From an uncultured Gammaproteobacteria bacterium (GTDB taxonomy: Bacteria; Patescibacteriota; Patescibacteriia; Magasanikbacterales; UBA922), in the NCBI GenBank assembly GCA_964592785.1, contig CAZQHU010000002.1, forward strand, positions 12,680 through 76,679: a stretch of 64,000 nucleotides of DNA, read 5' to 3'. Every line of letters starts with the position of its first letter. The first letter of the stretch is position 1. A program made the translations under genes and the position numbers. The notes beneath the pieces are model-generated. The model was given only the letters and a program-made list of their open reading frames with translations, searched no databases and was not told the origin of the DNA. Below, one piece after another: positions 47,778 to 58,508 of this stretch.

Positions 47778-49091
47778 CTAGATAGCCTCCCCTGGTTTTT
47801 CCATTTTCATTCCACTTTGTTTCATTACTTCTTTTTCAAAAAGAATGGCACCCAAAACTGTAACCAAGATTACAGCCAAAAGACCGGCCGCTGCGGTGAT
47901 TTCATCCAAAGCATGATTGGCCAAAGCCACAGCAATAAACACCAATCCCACTTCGCCACGGATTGACATAGCCAAACCCACCAATTTACCATCTTCTTTA
48001 TCTTTCAAAAGATAACGAGTAAGATACTTACCTACAAAAGCTAAAGCAGTGAGAATGATCGCCCAAAGCCAAGCCTTGGGAGCTAATAAAGATTCCCGAG
48101 GTAACATCGTACCAATACTGACCAAAAATCCACCAACAAAAATGTGCATATACCCTTCAACTTTTTCCCAAGTTTCGTGCTTAAGTTCATTATCAACTTT
48201 GGATAATACCACCCCGATACCAAAAGCACCTAGAACTGGTTCAAGACCAATAACCCCAGCCAAAGCACCGGCCAACATGAGTGCCCCGAAGAAAAATCTA
48301 GTAAAAGGCCCGGTGACTGCTTCAGAATTTTCTTGATAATGTTTTTCCAAGTACTTGGCAATTTTGTCAGCCACACCCCACATCCAAAGTACATAAGCCC
48401 CACCAAAGAAAGCGATTACCGCTACAAAAATCCAAACAATACTCATGGCTTCAAGTTGTCCTCCTGATAACTTAGCCAAAATAGTCAAAACCAAAACGCC
48501 TAAAATATCATCAATGACCGCAGCTCCCACAATTTTATTACCCACATCACTTTCCAATTTACCTGCTCTCTTCAAAGCCTCAACTGAAAGACCAACAGAG
48601 GTGGCAGTAAAAACACCGCCCAAAAATATTGCTGGCATCCAAGCCAAAGCAAAAACGTAATGTCCCAATAAAGCCACAGTTACCAGAGGAACCAAAACAC
48701 CTACACAAGCAATGACTGTGGAAATAAACCAATTTTTCTTGAGTAATTCCATGTCAAAATGAAGACCGGCTTCAAAAAGAATAAATAAAACACCAGCTAA
48801 ACGAGCCAATTCCACACCTTCGGAATATGGTTGTAAAATCCCCAATACTGCTGGGCCGGCTACTATACCCATGATAATTTTACCAGCCATAGGTGCAAAG
48901 CCAAGTAATTTGGCCAAACGACCGCCAAACGAGGCATAAACAGCCAAAAAAGCGATATCTATAAGCATCACCATAATCACGCTAATCTCATGACTGTGTG
49001 AGGCTTCTAGAGCAGCCCGCAAATAGTGCAAACCTACTGAGATGACCAAAACTTCTATAATCAACGTCAGCAAAGATCTTAATTTTTGCAT
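47778..49091 (-). CDS. Cation:proton antiporter (CPA2 / NapA-like)
   Basis: LFEAGL, ATSVG, GAAVIDDILG, GAFGIG, SIRGEVGL. Confidence 0.9.
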   Translation of the reverse strand: MQKLRSLLTLIIEVLVISVGLHYLRAALEASHSHEISVIMVMLIDIAFLAVYASFGGRLAKLLGFAPMAGKIIMGIVAGPAVLGILQPYSEGVELARLAGVLFILFEAGLHFDMELLKKNWFISTVIACVGVLVPLVTVALLGHYVFALAWMPAIFLGGVFTATSVGLSVEALKRAGKLESDVGNKIVGAAVIDDILGVLVLTILAKLSGGQLEAMSIVWIFVAVIAFFGGAYVLWMWGVADKIAKYLEKHYQENSEAVTGPFTRFFFGALMLAGALAGVIGLEPVLGAFGIGVVLSKVDNELKHETWEKVEGYMHIFVGGFLVSIGTMLPRESLLAPKAWLWAIILTALAFVGKYLTRYLLKDKEDGKLVGLAMSIRGEVGLVFIAVALANHALDEITAAAGLLAVILVTVLGAILFEKEVMKQSGMKMEKPGEAI

Positions 49092-49225
49092 ACAATAAAT
49101 TAATTAATAAAATTGTTTTAACCGGCAATAGTATACTCTAAATATAAATACTTTTCAATATTATTTGTGGATAAAAAAATAACCAGTAATTTCGGTTATT
49201 TTTTAAAAAATATTTTATTCCCCCA

Positions 49226-49282
49226 CCCCGCGCCGGATCTTACCTTGTCTTAAAAAGACTTGGCAGAAATTCCGGCGCGGGG
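49226..49282 (-). terminator. GC-rich hairpin 3' of the GC-rich cassette
   Basis: ccccgcgccgga / tccggcgcgggg 12-bp stem with inner gtctt/aagac. Confidence 0.55.
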
Positions 49283-49298
49283 GCCTCGGCAGGTCGGC

Positions 49299-49775
49299 CT
49301 AGAAGACCAAGAAACGGAAACGGTACCTGAGATCATCGGTCCCAAGAGGTTCGAGCACCAACCCGTAGGCGGGGATTCCGAATCTCTGCTGGAACCACTG
49401 CAGACCATCATGAGCGGTCTGAATGTTCTCCAGATCACCCAAACCGCCATCGGCAGCAGCGTGGCAACCGACCACCGAACCCCGTCCGATGTGGGTGATC
49501 CCCACGAAGTGTGTAGGCTGGAAGATCCTCACCGCCCGCTCCAACAACTCACGGTTGTTGAATGGCGACCCTTCTGCCAGCCCGAGAATGGTACCGGGAG
49601 TAGCCACGACGTGCTTATCCCAGCCCTTGGAGCCGGCAGCACAGTCGATCCCCATCATCAGTTTCACGGAAAATCGATCATCTGAACACACGGCAAAAAG
49701 CACGCGTGCACCCTCCGGAATCAACAGTTCACTCAACTTGACCACATCAACCATAACTGAAGTAACTTCGGGCAT
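49299..49775 (-). CDS. GC-rich orphan, possible divergent beta-carbonic-anhydrase-fold protein (158 aa)
   Basis: SD GAGGT, ATG 49775; CSDDRF (CxDxR), ATPG, TH-x8-C; upstream TTGACT-17-TATAAG promoter. Confidence 0.6.
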   Translation of the reverse strand: MPEVTSVMVDVVKLSELLIPEGARVLFAVCSDDRFSVKLMMGIDCAAGSKGWDKHVVATPGTILGLAEGSPFNNRELLERAVRIFQPTHFVGITHIGRGSVVGCHAAADGGLGDLENIQTAHDGLQWFQQRFGIPAYGLVLEPLGTDDLRYRFRFLVF

Positions 49776-49933
49776 CTGACACCTCACTTTTCTTTGTTTA
49801 TTACCGGTTTCCGCCGGTACGGTTCCCTTTCCGCCGAGGAAGGGTGTTGCTAGAACTTATATCAAAAAATCTTAAAAAAGTCAAGACAAAAAAACAGCCG
49901 AATAATGGCTGTTTTAAAAAATATTTTATTTTA

Positions 49934-50359
49934 TTATTCTCTCGGTTTGACTGATGAATGATGATGAATAATTTTCCATTCTCCTTGGTCATTTTTTTGC
50001 CACACAAATGAAAATCTAGCTTCAACTACCTGTCTATTTGATTCCGGACCAACTTCAAAATTATACATTCCAGAATGGAGATAAACATCCTGCCCCAAAA
50101 CTTGAACTTCATCCTGCACTATTTCACCATTAGGATTTTTTTTCAAAAAATGATGAAAATAACTCTCTGCCCCAGACTGACCTTTTTTAAATTCAGAAGA
50201 AACGGTTGGTAAAAATGTGGCCTCTGGTGTATATAAATCAGCAACAACTTTAGGATCACGTGTTAACAAAGCTTCACCCCAACGAGAAAAATTATTTTTA
50301 GCAATTTCGTTAAATTCAATTTCTCTATTTTTTGTAGAACTTTCTTGTGTATCTGACAT
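49934..50359 (-). CDS. SnoaL/NTF2-like protein (SgcJ/EcaC, CaMKII association-domain-like)
   Basis: LYTPEATFLPT, YFHHFL, SGMYNF, ARFSFV, WKIIHHHSS. Confidence 0.85.
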   Translation of the reverse strand: MSDTQESSTKNREIEFNEIAKNNFSRWGEALLTRDPKVVADLYTPEATFLPTVSSEFKKGQSGAESYFHHFLKKNPNGEIVQDEVQVLGQDVYLHSGMYNFEVGPESNRQVVEARFSFVWQKNDQGEWKIIHHHSSVKPRE

Positions 50360-50363
50360 AATT

Positions 50364-50801
50364 TTATTCTTTAATATTAATCTTCTTATATTTCTTCCCT
50401 ACTCTCACTCGATTCATTTCACGATCAATCACTGCTTGCAACTTGGCATAATCCACATTTTCTTGTCCTTTAACTTTGGCCATTTCTTCTTCAGCACGCC
50501 TTCTCGCTTCTTCAGCGCGGTCAATATCAATTATCTCCGCACGTTCAGCATTATCAGCAAGAATAACTATTTCATTGTTGGCACGAACCTCCAAAAAACC
50601 ACCAGAAACAGCGATGATATGCTCACCTTCTTTATCTACAATTTTAAGTTCACCAGCTTGTAAAATTGAAACAAGTGGCGAATGATGCGGTAAAACAGTA
50701 ATTTCACCAGTAGTTGTTGGAATGGAAACTTGAAGAACATCGTCTTCATAAACAACTTTTTCTGGTGTAGCGATTTTGAAGTGGATTGTTGACACTGACA
50801 T
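50364..50801 (-). CDS. atpC: F-ATPase epsilon subunit
   Basis: IATPE, GEITVLPHHSPL, VSGGFLEV, ILADNAE. Confidence 0.96.
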   Translation of the reverse strand: MSVSTIHFKIATPEKVVYEDDVLQVSIPTTTGEITVLPHHSPLVSILQAGELKIVDKEGEHIIAVSGGFLEVRANNEIVILADNAERAEIIDIDRAEEARRRAEEEMAKVKGQENVDYAKLQAVIDREMNRVRVGKKYKKINIKE

Positions 50802-50808
50802 AAACGTC

Positions 50809-50902
50809 TGTCATCCTGAATTTATTTCAGGATCTTTCTTAAAATAATATTTACTTAATTGATAATATGACGGAAAGATGCTGAAACAAGTTCAGCATGA
50901 CA
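50809..50902. repeat. GTCAT-family element between atpD and atpC
   Basis: tgtcatcctgaatttatttcaggatct...agatgctgaaacaagttcagcatgaca. Confidence 0.88.
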
Positions 50903-50906
50903 ATTC

Positions 50907-52451
<1,545 letters not shown>

Positions 52452-52454
52452 TTA

Positions 52455-53432
52455 CTACTCCAACGCTGCCGCTCCACCAGCAATTTCTGCAATTTCTTGT
52501 GTAATACCAGCCTGGCGTGCTTTATTAAAGGTTAAAGTTAATTCTTTAATCATGTCTGAAGCAGCATCAGATGCATTCCTCATAGCCATCATCCGAGCAG
52601 AATGCTCCGAAGCAGCAGATTCAAGAGCTGCTTGGTAAACTTGTGTTTCCACCAAACGGGGTAAAATTATTTCCAAAACATTATCTTGGGTTGGTTCAAA
52701 AATATAATTATCCAATTCTATTTCTGCTTCTTCAACATTTAAATCTTTTATTTTTTTCTTCATTTCTGTAACATCCTCTCCCAATTCACCGATCATTTTT
52801 TCCAAATCTATTTGTGAAATAGGTAAAACTTGTCGTAATTTAGCTACTTGATTTACAGTTGACTTAAAATCTGTGTAAGCAACAACTACTTTATCATAAG
52901 TTTTCTTCTGGTATTCATCTATCACTAACCGGGAAATAGGCAGAATATCATTCAACTTCGGTGTATCAGACATTTCGGAAAAACTGGCAATGAGATTATA
53001 GCCCATTTTTTTGGCAAAATCAGCGCCTTTTTTCCCTACTCCAACCACATCAACTTGAATATTTTCTGAAGGTTCTATAAAACCATCCTGCACTCTCTGA
53101 CGGCTGATATTCTTAGGATCTGCCAATTGAGCAGCAGTTTTTTTGATAATATTGGCATTGAAACTGCCACACAACCCACGATTGGAAGTAATAAGAATAA
53201 CTAATAATTTTTTAACAGGACGAACTTCTAACAATGAAAATTGTTCTTTTTGTACTTTGGATAATTTTACGAGCAAATCCCAAGCCAGCGTCGCATAAGT
53301 GCGCGTATTAACAGCAGCTTCGGTCGCTTTCCGCATCTTGACTGCTGAAATCATTTCCATGGCGCGAGTAATCTTCTTGGTCGAGCCGACAGATTTGATT
53401 CTTCTTTTAATTGCCTTGGTATTTACGGGCAT
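52455..53432 (-). CDS. atpG: F-ATPase gamma subunit
   Basis: KITRAMEMIS, RGLCGSFN, SEHSARMMAM, RQAGITQEI. Confidence 0.98.
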   Translation of the reverse strand: MPVNTKAIKRRIKSVGSTKKITRAMEMISAVKMRKATEAAVNTRTYATLAWDLLVKLSKVQKEQFSLLEVRPVKKLLVILITSNRGLCGSFNANIIKKTAAQLADPKNISRQRVQDGFIEPSENIQVDVVGVGKKGADFAKKMGYNLIASFSEMSDTPKLNDILPISRLVIDEYQKKTYDKVVVAYTDFKSTVNQVAKLRQVLPISQIDLEKMIGELGEDVTEMKKKIKDLNVEEAEIELDNYIFEPTQDNVLEIILPRLVETQVYQAALESAASEHSARMMAMRNASDAASDMIKELTLTFNKARQAGITQEIAEIAGGAAALE

Positions 53433-53436
53433 ACAG

Positions 53437-53684
53437 GTTCATTCCGAGCGAAGCGAGGAATCTTTCTTACCTCGTACTCTCTTAGAAAATAAATTATTGA
53501 TTATAAAATTCTAATTTTTTATTCATACTTTCAGTTTCTTGTGTATGAACAATAAATATTATTACATAGTACGTCAATAAAATCATTCCTACTAATATCA
53601 TAGCCAATAAAATTGGATTACCTTTCTTCATATTATATCTTAAGAAAGATTCCTCACTCGACTTGAGCCGAGATTCGGAATGAC
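53437..53684. mobile_element. GTCAT-family element carrying a small cargo ORF, between atpA and atpG
   Basis: Left ttcattccgagcgaagcgaggaatctttctta; right taagaaagattcctcactcgacttgagccgagattcggaatgac; 15-bp perfect inner inverted repeat. Confidence 0.75.
53494..53631 (-). CDS. 45-aa single-TM small protein inside the element
   Basis: MKKGNPILLAMILVGMILLTYYVIIFIVHTQETESMNKKLEFYNQ. Confidence 0.5.
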   Translation of the reverse strand: MKKGNPILLAMILVGMILLTYYVIIFIVHTQETESMNKKLEFYNQ

Positions 53685-55171
53685 TAACGCACAAACTCCC
53701 CACAAGCTTCTTTCAATTCGTTCTCCACGTTTTCATCCCATTCACCCTTAGCAAGCTTATCTAATAATGTTTTTTTGGTTTTGTGCATGAAATCAATAAA
53801 CTTCTTCTCAGCTTCTGAAACTTCTTTAACTCCAAATTTATTGAAATACTCATTGGATACAGCATAAATAACTGCTACTTGATCTTCTACCGCCATTGGA
53901 CTGTATTGAGGTTGTTTTAAAAGTTCTGTCATGCGCTGACCAAGATCAATTTGTTTCTTGGTTTCCGGATCAAGATCAGAAGATAACTGGGCAAAAGCTT
54001 CTAGTTCACGAAACTGGGCCATAGCCAATTTTAATTTACCGGCAACTTTTTTCATAGATTTGATTTGTGCTGAACCACCAACACGAGAAACTGAAATACC
54101 AACATTCAAAGCAGGACGAATACCACGATAGAACAAATCTGTTTCCAAGAAAATTTGGCCATCAGTAATGGAAATAACATTGGTTGGAATATAAGCAGTC
54201 ACGTCCCCTGCCTGAGTTTCAATGATTGGTAATGCTGTAATAGAACCACCGCCATATTTTTCATTAAGCTTGCAGGCACGTTCCAAAAGTCTTGAGTGTA
54301 AATAAAACACGTCTCCTGGATAAGCTTCACGCCCTGGCGGACGACGAAGTAAGAGGGATATTTCACGATAAGCCCAAGCTTGTTTGGTAAGATCATCATA
54401 AATAATGAGTACATCTTCGCCTTGATCAGCAAAATATTCTGCCATGGCTACCCCAGCATAAGGAGCAATAAAGGACATAGCAGCTGGATCAGAAGCGCCA
54501 GCCACAACTACTGTAGTGTATTCCATAGCGCCAGCTTCTTCTAGCTTGGCAACAATGCGAGCCACTTTGGATTCTTTTTGACCAACAGCCACATAAATAC
54601 ATTTCATGTTTTGGCCTTTTTGATTGATGATAGTGTCAACAGCAATAGCAGTTTTACCAGTTTGGCGGTCACCAATAATAAGTTCGCGCTGACCACGACC
54701 AATCGGAATCATAGCATCAATCGCTTTGATACCAGTTTGCACTGGTTCGTGCACGCCCTGGCGAGTCATGACGCCTGGAGCAATCTTTTCTACTGGATAA
54801 AATTTGTCAGCTTTTATTTCACCTTTGCCATCAATAGCTTGGCCAAGAGCATTCACTACACGCCCTACAACATTTTTTCCAACTGGAACTGACAAAATAC
54901 GACCGGTACGCTTTACACTATCACCTTCTTTAATACCTTTATAATCACCCAAAATAACCGCACCAACAGTTTCTTCTTCCAAGTTCAAAGCCACGCCAAA
55001 AACCCCACCAGTAAATTCCAACATTTCTTGGTATTGACAATTGGAAAGTCCGGTCATACGAGCAATACCATCGCCCACTTCAATGACTGTGCCGACTTCC
55101 TCAACTTCAACTGACTTTTCAAATTCGGCAATGTGTTTTTTTAATTCTTCAACGATCTGATTACTTGACAT
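53684..55171 (-). CDS. atpA: F-ATPase alpha subunit
   Basis: [35 protein letters not shown]. Confidence 0.99.
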   Translation of the reverse strand: MSSNQIVEELKKHIAEFEKSVEVEEVGTVIEVGDGIARMTGLSNCQYQEMLEFTGGVFGVALNLEEETVGAVILGDYKGIKEGDSVKRTGRILSVPVGKNVVGRVVNALGQAIDGKGEIKADKFYPVEKIAPGVMTRQGVHEPVQTGIKAIDAMIPIGRGQRELIIGDRQTGKTAIAVDTIINQKGQNMKCIYVAVGQKESKVARIVAKLEEAGAMEYTTVVVAGASDPAAMSFIAPYAGVAMAEYFADQGEDVLIIYDDLTKQAWAYREISLLLRRPPGREAYPGDVFYLHSRLLERACKLNEKYGGGSITALPIIETQAGDVTAYIPTNVISITDGQIFLETDLFYRGIRPALNVGISVSRVGGSAQIKSMKKVAGKLKLAMAQFRELEAFAQLSSDLDPETKKQIDLGQRMTELLKQPQYSPMAVEDQVAVIYAVSNEYFNKFGVKEVSEAEKKFIDFMHKTKKTLLDKLAKGEWDENVENELKEACGEFVR

Positions 55172-55191
55172 AAAAAATAAATTTAGTTGTT

Positions 55192-55270
55192 AATAATATT
55201 TTTTTAATATTTGTTTAGTATTTATAAAATATTAGCTAAATACTAGAAAAATACTAACCAAATATTAATT
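55192..55270. repeat. Inverted 11-bp arrays between atpH and atpA
   Basis: aataatatttt tttaatatttg tttagtattta | aaatattagct aaatactagaa aaatactaacc aaatattaatt. Confidence 0.6.
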
Positions 55271-55657
55271 AGATATTTTTTGATGTAGTTTTTTAAGTTG
55301 TTTCTTTATGCTCCCATCAAAAATCTTGTCTTCAGTTTTTATTTTCACTCCACCCAATAGAGCTAGATCAAGATCTTCAGTCATTTCGGTTTTACCTCCA
55401 AAAGCTTTATTAATTAAATCCAAAGTATGTTTCTCCAACTTTCGGGCCGAAGACACTGTCATCGTCACAATCCCCTCTTGTTTTTTATAATAAGAAACGT
55501 ATTCGGCTATAATTTTATCCGCTTTTTTCAATTTATTATTACGTACCAAAACTACAACAAACTGCTTCAAAGCTTGATGCAATTTCTCGCCTTTCAAATC
55601 TCTTGTCGCTTCATACAAGGCTTTGGCAAATTGTTTGTTCGAAATTTTACGACGCAT
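55265..55657 (-). CDS. atpH: F-ATPase delta subunit (short)
   Basis: FAKALY, VSSARKL, LLGGVKI..IFDGSIK; position in operon. Confidence 0.9.
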   Translation of the reverse strand: MRRKISNKQFAKALYEATRDLKGEKLHQALKQFVVVLVRNNKLKKADKIIAEYVSYYKKQEGIVTMTVSSARKLEKHTLDLINKAFGGKTEMTEDLDLALLGGVKIKTEDKIFDGSIKKQLKKLHQKISN

Positions 55658-55677
55658 AAACTAATATACAGATTGGA

Positions 55678-55747
55678 ACACGGATCTAACGGATCAAACG
55701 GATTTGAACGGATTCGTTTTAATTCGTTAAATCCGTTCAATCCGTGT
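55678..55747. repeat. Inverted ~9-bp arrays (ACGGAT / ATCCGT) between atpF and atpH
   Basis: acacggat ctaacggat caaacggat ttgaacggat ... attcgttaa atccgttca atccgtgt. Confidence 0.8.
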
Positions 55748-55748
55748 G

Positions 55749-56318
55749 CTATTTATCTAACTTTTTTAATGAATTTTGAATAAGTAAAATATCTTTCTTC
55801 TCATCCAACTTCTCTTCCAAAATTTTCTCTACAGCTGCTACCACCAAATTAGCAGTCTCAACTTTAATACCACGCATTACTTCTTCTTTTTCGTCTTTAA
55901 TTTTTCCTCTAGCTTGTTCTACTAAATTTTCAATTTCAGTCTTGGCCTTGGCTTTCATGTCAGCTGTCAAACGTTCTCCGTCGGCTCCAGCACGCTCCAA
56001 AATTTTATTATATTCTGCTTTGGCTTCTTCCATTTTTTCTTGAAACTTTTGATTACTCATCACTAAATTTGCTTCCACTTCTTTGGCTTTGTCTAGACTC
56101 TCATCAATTATCTTCTTGCGTTCTTCAAGTTTACTGGTCAAAGGTTTCAAAATAAGAAACCAAACAATCGCTGCCACAATAGCAAAATTGAGAAGTTGAA
56201 AAGCAAATAGTTGGCCGTTTAAACCAAGAGAAGCAGCAACACTCTCATTTCCGGCTGATTCAGTAGTGTGTTCTATGGTTGCCTCTTCAGAGGCATATGC
56301 AATATTAACTAAATTCAT
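55749..56318 (-). CDS. atpF: F-ATPase b subunit
   Basis: FQLLNF, KPL..LEERKKII, long charged helix. Confidence 0.95.
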   Translation of the reverse strand: MNLVNIAYASEEATIEHTTESAGNESVAASLGLNGQLFAFQLLNFAIVAAIVWFLILKPLTSKLEERKKIIDESLDKAKEVEANLVMSNQKFQEKMEEAKAEYNKILERAGADGERLTADMKAKAKTEIENLVEQARGKIKDEKEEVMRGIKVETANLVVAAVEKILEEKLDEKKDILLIQNSLKKLDK

Positions 56319-56375
56319 AATTTTTAATTTTAAATAATTTCATTCTACCGGACCAAATTGATCCGGTAAATAAAA

Positions 56376-56660
<285 letters not shown>

Positions 56661-56686
56661 TCACCGTTGATATTTAATTAATTATT

Positions 56687-57475
56687 TTAATGTTCCTCTG
56701 ACCCATGAGGTTCTGAACTTGCTACTGTTAAGTAAACAATTGTCAACATAGAAAATACTGCCGCCTGAATAAGACCAACTAATAATTCTAATAACATAAA
56801 TGGTGTTGGTACAAAAGCAGCCACTAGTGCAGAAATAACGGAAATAAGCACTTCACCAGCAAAAATATTACCGAAAAGACGGAGAGACAGGGATAAAATT
56901 TTAGCCACTTCCGAAGCAATTTCAATAATTCCAACCATAAATTCAATCAAAGCAGTAAAAATAGCAATCGGTCCTTTTTTAATACTCTTGACAATATTGC
57001 CAAGCTGAACAAACTTACCAAGATGAGTAAAAAAACCAATGGCAAAAAAAGCATAAACATGAGAAGCCAGCACAGATATCAAAGCCATAGCCAAAGTCAA
57101 ATTCAAATCAGTATTGGCCGGTCGTAAAACAAAAGTGTGCCCAAGAGTCAGACTGCCAGTACCTGGAAGGAGACCCAACCAATTTGATAATAAAATAAAA
57201 AAGAAGATAGATCCGACTATTGGTAAAAACTTTATAGTCTTTTTTCTATCTCCTGTCACTTGATCAAAATAACCTAAGATACTTTCTAAAAAATATTCAC
57301 AAACATTTTGTAATTTACTTGGTTTGAGACTCACTCTACGGCGCAAAGCAATCCCCAACCCCAAGAAAATCAAAATTGCAATCCAGGCATTCACCATAGT
57401 ATTGGTGATGCTAATACTACCAATATGAAACAAAACATCTGGTGCAAGGGTAGGAATGTGAATTTGTCCTGACAT
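56687..57475 (-). CDS. atpB: F-ATPase a subunit
   Basis: NWLGLLPG, PANTDLN, SLSLRLFGNIFAGE, IQAAVF. Confidence 0.97.
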   Translation of the reverse strand: MSGQIHIPTLAPDVLFHIGSISITNTMVNAWIAILIFLGLGIALRRRVSLKPSKLQNVCEYFLESILGYFDQVTGDRKKTIKFLPIVGSIFFFILLSNWLGLLPGTGSLTLGHTFVLRPANTDLNLTLAMALISVLASHVYAFFAIGFFTHLGKFVQLGNIVKSIKKGPIAIFTALIEFMVGIIEIASEVAKILSLSLRLFGNIFAGEVLISVISALVAAFVPTPFMLLELLVGLIQAAVFSMLTIVYLTVASSEPHGSEEH

Positions 57476-57477
57476 AA

Positions 57478-57753
57478 CTATTCTTTTTTGTCATTGCTTC
57501 CCTTTTCAATATTTTGATATTCTTTTCCGTAAGCTTTGGCTTTCTTATAAATCATCTTGCCAGAAAGTAATACTGCCAAGACAAAAGCCAAAACTGTAAA
57601 CCATGGACTCTTTTCATATTTGCCGTCCAACCACTGCCCAATAATAACAAAAATGATTATTGGCACCGCAATGGTTGCCCCAAAATCTCCGGCGATACGT
57701 AATCCCATTAACATATACTTCCGGTCGTTTGGATCAGACGGCAAAAGGCTCAT
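57478..57753 (-). CDS. AtpZ/AtpI family protein
   Basis: IGQWLDGKY..PWF; first gene of the atp operon. Confidence 0.85.
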   Translation of the reverse strand: MSLLPSDPNDRKYMLMGLRIAGDFGATIAVPIIIFVIIGQWLDGKYEKSPWFTVLAFVLAVLLSGKMIYKKAKAYGKEYQNIEKGSNDKKE

Positions 57754-57761
57754 ACACTAGT

Positions 57762-57796
57762 CTCGCCGTAGCTTGCTGAGTGGCAAGCGAAGGCAG
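57762..57796. repeat. GTAGC...GCGAAG palindromic element in the atp leader
   Basis: gccgtagcttgctgagtggcaagcgaaggc; same design as the metG inserts at 61051-61110. Confidence 0.65.
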
Positions 57797-57831
57797 ATTG
57801 AAAAGAAAAAGCACTTTTTTAAAGTGCCGCT

Positions 57832-57860
57832 ATTTTACCCTATTTCAAAACCCCCGTCAA
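57832..57860 (-). promoter_or_regulatory. sigma70 promoter of the atp operon
   Basis: On -: TTGACG-17 nt-TAAAAT. Confidence 0.7.
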
Positions 57861-57921
57861 GTGTATTTTTTAGTTAGAATGTGGATGAAAAACAACTCAA
57901 TTTTAATATCCACAATAAGAC

Positions 57922-57950
57922 TTGACAATTTTCAAAACTTTTGCTATATT
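57922..57950 (+). promoter_or_regulatory. sigma70 promoter of the GC-rich orphan
   Basis: TTGACA-17 nt-TATATT with TG extended -10. Confidence 0.7.
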
Positions 57951-57991
57951 TAGCGGTCCAATCGGGGACCCCTCCTTGAAGGAGGAACACC

Positions 57992-58291
57992 ATGCATTTT
58001 TCACTGTCCGTTCACAGCACCTCGTTCCTGATCATGGTCATCAGAAAGAGAGGGCGTAGGATTGCTGCGTTCGCAGGGCCAACTCGAGAAGACATCCTGA
58101 GACTGATGAATGGCATGGGCTACGACCCCCAGGAGATCTCCACCGCGCATGAGGCCACACCGCGACACCTGGAAATGATCGCGAAATACCAGGCGCGATC
58201 GTTCGCCGGCTTCATCATTGCGATGATGAAGAGTGGAAAATGCTCCGAAGAGTCCTACTACATCGGTGAACTCTACAAGCGCGCTGGCTGA
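57992..58291 (+). CDS. GC-rich orphan protein (99 aa)
   Basis: SD aaggagg 6 nt before ATG, C/G-ending codons, structured 3' UTR. Confidence 0.65.
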   Translation: MHFSLSVHSTSFLIMVIRKRGRRIAAFAGPTREDILRLMNGMGYDPQEISTAHEATPRHLEMIAKYQARSFAGFIIAMMKSGKCSEESYYIGELYKRAG

Positions 58292-58437
58292 GCGAGTCTC
58301 AATCATCACGAATGCCTCCAGCATGCCCGGCACGCAACCACCCCACCAGTGCCGGCATCGTTCTTTCCCACCACTCCGGCACACCCCAGTTATTATCTCT
58401 AGAAGGTAATAAATGAAAAAAACCGGAGTGAGTGAAG

Positions 58438-58481
58438 AAAAATAAAAACAACTTTAAATTTTAAGGTTGTTTTTTATTTTT
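58438..58481. terminator. Bidirectional terminator between the orphan and tatD
   Basis: aaaataaaaacaacttta..taaggttgttttttatttt. Confidence 0.65.
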
Positions 58482-58508
58482 CCTCCTTTCGCAAAGGGAG
58501 GAATTAAA

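Noticed and set aside
47486-47785. Tracked ORFs 47486-47686 (-) and 47522-47785 (+)
   Set aside because: Both run through the terminator hairpin; the Cys-rich frame 47571-47702 is more credible.
49260-49779. Long + strand ORFs (49260-49685, 49423-49779)
   Set aside because: Shadows of the GC-rich - strand gene, which has the promoter, SD and motif.
55678-55747. CRISPR array or replication iterons
   Set aside because: Units are 9-10 bp with no unique spacers; no cas or rep gene nearby.
57870-57920. Replication origin suggested by DnaA-box-like pair
   Set aside because: Only two imperfect boxes and no dnaA/dnaN nearby; the boxes look promoter-linked instead.
58001-58384. 127-aa - strand ORF
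   Set aside because: Antisense shadow of 57992-58291, which has the promoter and SD.
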